Positions 59,665-64,000 of a stretch of 64,000 nucleotides of DNA are shown here, in pieces. The notes beneath the pieces are model-generated. The model worked only from the letters and a program-made list of their open reading frames with translations, was not told the origin of the DNA and did not search any database. The position numbers and the translations under genes are program-made. Numbering within the stretch: position 1 is the first letter of the stretch; each line of letters starts with the position of its first letter. Origin of the DNA: an uncultured Gemmatimonadales bacterium. GTDB lineage: Bacteria; Gemmatimonadota; Gemmatimonadetes; Gemmatimonadales; GWC2-71-9. Location: contig CAVSQW010000007.1 in the NCBI GenBank assembly GCA_963730185.1, positions 32,001 through 96,000 on the forward strand, read 5' to 3'.

Positions 59665-62374
59665 GTGGGCCGGCGCCTGCGACGACTGTTTCGACTGGCC
59701 AGCGGCCGGTCGACCTCGGCGGAGGATCTCGACGAGGAGCTCCGGCTCCACCTCGATCTTCGGGTGGCCGAGCTGGTGGAGGAGGGGTGGAGCGAGGAGG
59801 ACGCCCGGACCGAAGCGCTGCGCCGGTTCGGCGACCTGGACCGTCATCGGCGGACGACCGCCACCGATCGATCGCGGAAGGGACGGCGACGTGCGACGCT
59901 CCGAGTGGTGGGACGAGTTCCGACAGGATCTCCGCTTTGCGCTCCGAACCCTCCGGCGCCAGCCGGGCTTTTCGGCGATCGCGGTCCTGACCTTGGCCTT
60001 CGGGATCGGCGCGACGACCGCCATCCTGAGCATCGTGAACGGGGTCCTGCTCCGTCCCTTGCCCTATCCCAACGGCGACCGGGTGGTGCAGGTCTGGGAG
60101 ACGGGGAAGCCCGGCACGCCGGGCGACGGGTCCGTGGGCCCGTTCAGCGGCGCCGACTTCGTCGACCTCCGGGCTCAGAGCTCCACCTTAGAGCGGTTGG
60201 CGGCGTTCCGGAACTGGAACTACACCCTGGCGGCCGGTGGCGAGGCCGATCTGCTGGCCGGCGCCCGGGTGTCTCCCGGATTCTTCGAAGCGCTCGGCGT
60301 CCAGGCCCGGCTGGGTCGGACCTTCAGTCCGGCGGACGAACAGGTCGGCGGCGAGTCGGCCGCCATCCTGGGCGACGGGCTCTGGCGCCGCCGGTTCGGC
60401 GCCGATCCGGGGGTCGTTGGGCGTCCGATCACGCTCGACGGCCGGCAGTTCACGGTGGTCGGCGTGATGCCGCGCGGGTTCCAGTTTCCGCGCGGGGCCG
60501 AGCTGCCGGCCGGCTTTCAATTCGCCGCCCGGACCGAGATCTGGACGCCGCTGGTCGTGACCCCGGGCGAGATGCAGCTGCGGTACGTTCACAATCTGGC
60601 CGTGCTCGGCCTGCCCCGGCCGGGCGTGACGCCCTCGGCGCTCGCCGCCGACCTCGACCTGGTCATGGGGCGGGTGGCGGAGCTCAACCCGCGGACCAAC
60701 ACCAATGCCACGGCGCGGGCGGCATCGATGCGGGAGCAGGCGGTCTCGGGAGTGAGGCCCGCCCTATTGGTGCTGCTCGGGGCGGTCGGGTTCCTCCTCC
60801 TCATCGCCTGTGTGAACGTTTCGAACCTGCTGCTGACGCGTACGGCCGCGCGCTACCGCGAGGTCGCGGTCCGGTCGGCGCTGGGCGCGGGGCGGCGCCG
60901 GCTGCTCCGTCAGTTCGTCACCGAGAACTTGATGCTTGCGCTGGCGGGCGGGCTGCTCGGCCTGGTGGTCGCGGTGGTGGGGAAGGGAGCGCTGCTGGCC
61001 GTGGCGCCGGCCAGCCTGCCACGTCTCGACGAGGTCGCGATCGACTGGCGGGTGTTGGGCGGCGTGTTCGCCGTGGTCGTGCTGGTGGGGCTCGCGTTTG
61101 GCGGCCTGGTCGTCTCCGAGGCGATCCAGGGCGATCAGGTCGAGAGCCTTCGCGAGGGATCGAAGGGCAGCGGCGGTCGGTCCCGGCGTCGATTGCGGTC
61201 GGGACTGGTGGTTCTCGAAGTGGCGGTCTCGGTGGTGCTCCTGGCGGGGGCGGGCGCCCTGGGCCGGACCTTCGTCAACCTCCGCCGGGTGGCCCCGGGC
61301 ATCCGAACCGATCACGTGCTCACCGCTCAGATCTCGCTGCCCCGGCTCACCAGCGACTTTCGGCAGTTTCCTCGGCTGGCGCCGGGTTGGGCCCGGTTCT
61401 ACCGTCAGTTCACCGATGCCCTGGCGCAGCGTCCCGGAATTCGGTCGGCCGGGGTCGTGACCTCGCTCCCCTTGAGCGGGGCCTGGGAGTCGTCCGGGTT
61501 CCAGGTCGTCGGGCGCCCGCCGCTGCCTGCCGGCGAAAGCCGGGAAGCGGTCTACGCCGGCGTGTCCGAGGGCTACTTCGACGCTCTGGGCATTCCGCTG
61601 GTGCGGGGTCGTCTGTTCTCGGCGGTGGATCGGGACTCGGCCGCGTCGGTGGCCCTGATCAGCGAGTCGATGGCCCGGACCTACTGGCCGAACGAGGACC
61701 CGGTCGGGGCACGGATCGAGGCCTTCTTCGGGCGGCCGCTCGAGATCGTTGGGGTGGTGGGCGACGTGAGAACGCGTGACCTCGGCGCCGTCCCGGCCCC
61801 GACGATGTACTTTCCGCTCTCCCTCTATCCGGCGCCGACCATGCGGCTGGTGGTTCGGTCCTCCGGCGATCCGCTGGGTCAGGTGGCCGCCGTCCGAAGC
61901 GCCCTTCGAGCGATCGATCCGACGGTACCGCTCACTGAGATCCGGCCCATGGACGAGGTGCTGGCCGAGTCGGTGGCGCAGCAGCGGTTCAGCGCCCTGC
62001 TGATGGGCGGGTTCGCCCTGGCCGCGCTCGGGCTGGCCGTGCTCGGCCTCTATGGCGTGATCAGCTTCGGGGTGGCGCGTCGCGGCCGCGAGATCGGCGT
62101 TCGTTTGGCCCTGGGCGCCGAGCCGCGTCAGGTCGTGGGGATGGTGGTGCGGGAGGGGATTGCGATGGCCCTGATCGGGGTGGCTTTGGGCCTGGTCGGA
62201 GCGGTGGCGCTGGGGCGGCTGCTGAGCAGCCTGGTCTATCAGGTCAGTCCGTCCGACCCGCTCACACTCGCCGGGGTGTGTGTCTCGCTGTTGTTGGTTG
62301 CGGTCCTGGCCTCCCTGGTTCCGGCCCGGCGGGCCATGCTGGTCGATCCGGTGACGGCCTTTCGCGAGGAGTAG
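59665..62374 (+). CDS. ADOP-type duplicated ABC permease with permease-prefix domain; frameshift near 59860-59895
   Basis: DEELRLHL..ALRRFG prefix; QDLRFALRTLRRQPGF, LLIACVNVSNLLL, GLYGVISF, EIGVRLALGA, PARRA..VDP. Confidence 0.9.
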
Positions 62375-62489
62375 GATCCCGCGTTTGCCTCGGGGGCCCC
62401 ACCGTCCCCAAGTTTCGCGGACCATGGCCCATCCCGAGCAGGAACGAGCGGGGGTCGACATCAGTCGGCCCCGGCGCCGGACTCCGGCG

Positions 62490-63368
62490 ATGCGAGACGC
62501 CTTGGGAGCGCTGCTCCTGGGGCTGACGGCGGCCGCCGCGGGCCCCCTCCACGCCCAGTCCGAGCTCGATCGGGCCCCCTCCCGGTTCGCGATCTACGAC
62601 GGCGCCCGGATCCACTACAAGAACTTCGGGATCGGCCGAACGGCCGTGGTCTTCGTGCCGGGCTGGATTTCCGACGTGACCGTCTGGCGCTACCAGGTCG
62701 AGGCGCTCTCCGCTCGCACCCGCCTGGTGGTGCTCGATCTCCCCGGTCAGGGTCGGAGCGGCCTGCCGAGCGGCCCCTACTCGATGGACCGCCTGGCCGG
62801 GGCGGTCAAGGCGGTGCTCGACGCCGCCGGCATCAGCCGGGCGGTGCTGGTCGGGCACAGCCTCGGGGTGCCGGTGATTCGGCAGTTCTACCGGCGGTAT
62901 CCCGACCGCGTGGCCGCGATGGTGGCCGTCGACGGAGCCCTCGAGGCACCTTCCCTCGACAGCGCGTCGGTGGCCCGCGCCGTGGCGCCGTTCGAAGGCG
63001 GAGGGTACCGGGCATCGGTGGAGCGGATGGTGGGCTCCATGTACCCGGACGACCTCGAGGCCGGGCTCAGGCAGATGATTCTGGGGCCGGCCCGGGCGAC
63101 GCCGCCGGCGGTGGCGGTGGCCGCGATGCGGGCGATGTACGACCCGGCGATCTGGCGGAACGATCCGATCGCGGTGCCTCTCTTGGTGGTGACAGCCAAG
63201 AAAACGGGCTGGCCGCCGTCCACTCGGGCCCTGGTCCAGCGGCTGGCTCCCGGCGCTCGCTATGAGGAGATGGACGGGGTGTCCCACTACCTGATGTTGG
63301 AGAGTCCGGACGCCTTCAACTCGATCCTGACCACCTTTCTGGACTCCGTCGGCGTATTCCGGTCGTGA
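62490..63368 (+). CDS. Alpha/beta fold hydrolase, exported (start could be 62424)
   Basis: Signal-like N-terminus; DLPGQGRS, GHSLG, SHYLMLE.P. Confidence 0.85.
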   Translation: MRDALGALLLGLTAAAAGPLHAQSELDRAPSRFAIYDGARIHYKNFGIGRTAVVFVPGWISDVTVWRYQVEALSARTRLVVLDLPGQGRSGLPSGPYSMDRLAGAVKAVLDAAGISRAVLVGHSLGVPVIRQFYRRYPDRVAAMVAVDGALEAPSLDSASVARAVAPFEGGGYRASVERMVGSMYPDDLEAGLRQMILGPARATPPAVAVAAMRAMYDPAIWRNDPIAVPLLVVTAKKTGWPPSTRALVQRLAPGARYEEMDGVSHYLMLESPDAFNSILTTFLDSVGVFRS

Positions 63369-63423
63369 CGGGCGGGAACGCTTCTTGCCCCCTCGATGAG
63401 GGCATGGCGTACCTCGCAGCGCG

Positions 63424-63990
63424 ATGCCCAGCATAGGCCACGTCGCCGTCGGGATGGCGGCGGGAAAAGGCGCGGCGCCGTCCCGGCCCGAGCGGTGGCG
63501 GTGGATCGTCGGGCTCGCCCTGGTGTCGAGCGCGGCCGACTTCGACCTCGTCCTACTCCTCGGCGGCGTGCCTTCCAACACCATCTGGGGGCATCGCGGG
63601 TTCACTCACTCGCTGGCGGCGGGAGTGGTGGCGGCGGGGTTGTTCGCGCTGGTGGCTCGCCGGTGGGGCGCCCGCCCGGGCCGGGCCTGGCTCATCGCCT
63701 TCCTGGTCTACGCGAGCCATCTGCTCCTCGACTCCATGAACGTGGGCACGCTCGGAGTTCCTTGGCTCTGGCCCTTCACCTCGGCGTACTACCGGTTGCC
63801 CTGGCGGCCGATCCCGTCGGTCCTGACGGCCCACGACTTCACGACCTGGCGAGGAGTGCCGGTGCTGCTGGCCGAGCTGGCGATCTTCAGCCCGGCCTTC
63901 GGCTACGCCTTGTGGGGGACGATCGGACGGCGCCGGGGAGCGTCGGCCGGCGACCGGCCGCTCGGCTCACCGGGTTGGCGGCAGCGATGA
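63424..63990 (+). CDS. YdjM-like inner-membrane metal-dependent hydrolase
   Basis: GH, ADFD, HRGFTHSL, SHLLLD, LWPF. Confidence 0.85.
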   Translation: MPSIGHVAVGMAAGKGAAPSRPERWRWIVGLALVSSAADFDLVLLLGGVPSNTIWGHRGFTHSLAAGVVAAGLFALVARRWGARPGRAWLIAFLVYASHLLLDSMNVGTLGVPWLWPFTSAYYRLPWRPIPSVLTAHDFTTWRGVPVLLAELAIFSPAFGYALWGTIGRRRGASAGDRPLGSPGWRQR

Positions 63991-64000
63991 CGGGTCGAGC

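Overview
High-GC (about 70% by eye), gene-dense bacterial chromosomal segment. The gene content (PadR + ADOP permease, many exported peptidases/amidohydrolases, Gld-like ABC operon) suggests Gemmatimonadota or a similar lineage, but this is inference. In order: DUF58 gene end; two tandem S9 peptidases; HXXEE protein and methyltransferase; a heavily frameshifted IorAB-like molybdoenzyme; a BlaI-M56-secreted HExxH protein module with clear operators; xth; a CPBP protease; a composite efflux cluster (MFP-RND-MFP-MacB-like permease-TolC, no ATPase); sthA; aminotransferase; MBL hydrolase; D-aminoacylase; GGT-family acylase; a TolB-like remnant; a complete group 1 [NiFe]-hydrogenase operon (small, large, cytochrome b, protease, hypABFCDE) whose HypA lacks the zinc finger; a GldA/GldF-GldG/DUF4340 ABC operon; TCR/Tet MFS; GH109-like oxidoreductase; M20, serine hydrolase, M1, SDR, CocE/NonD and M14 enzymes; PadR-ADOP; an alpha/beta hydrolase; a YdjM-like hydrolase. 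About ten genes are split by short indels, probably long-read errors. I saw no rRNA, tRNA, CRISPR or mobile element. The most interesting signals are the Zn-finger-less HypA, the BlaI/M56 module with an unrecognised sensor tail and effector, several cis-regulatory architectures read directly from the DNA, and a heptamer-repeat hairpin. All family calls come from motif recognition by eye, not from database searches.
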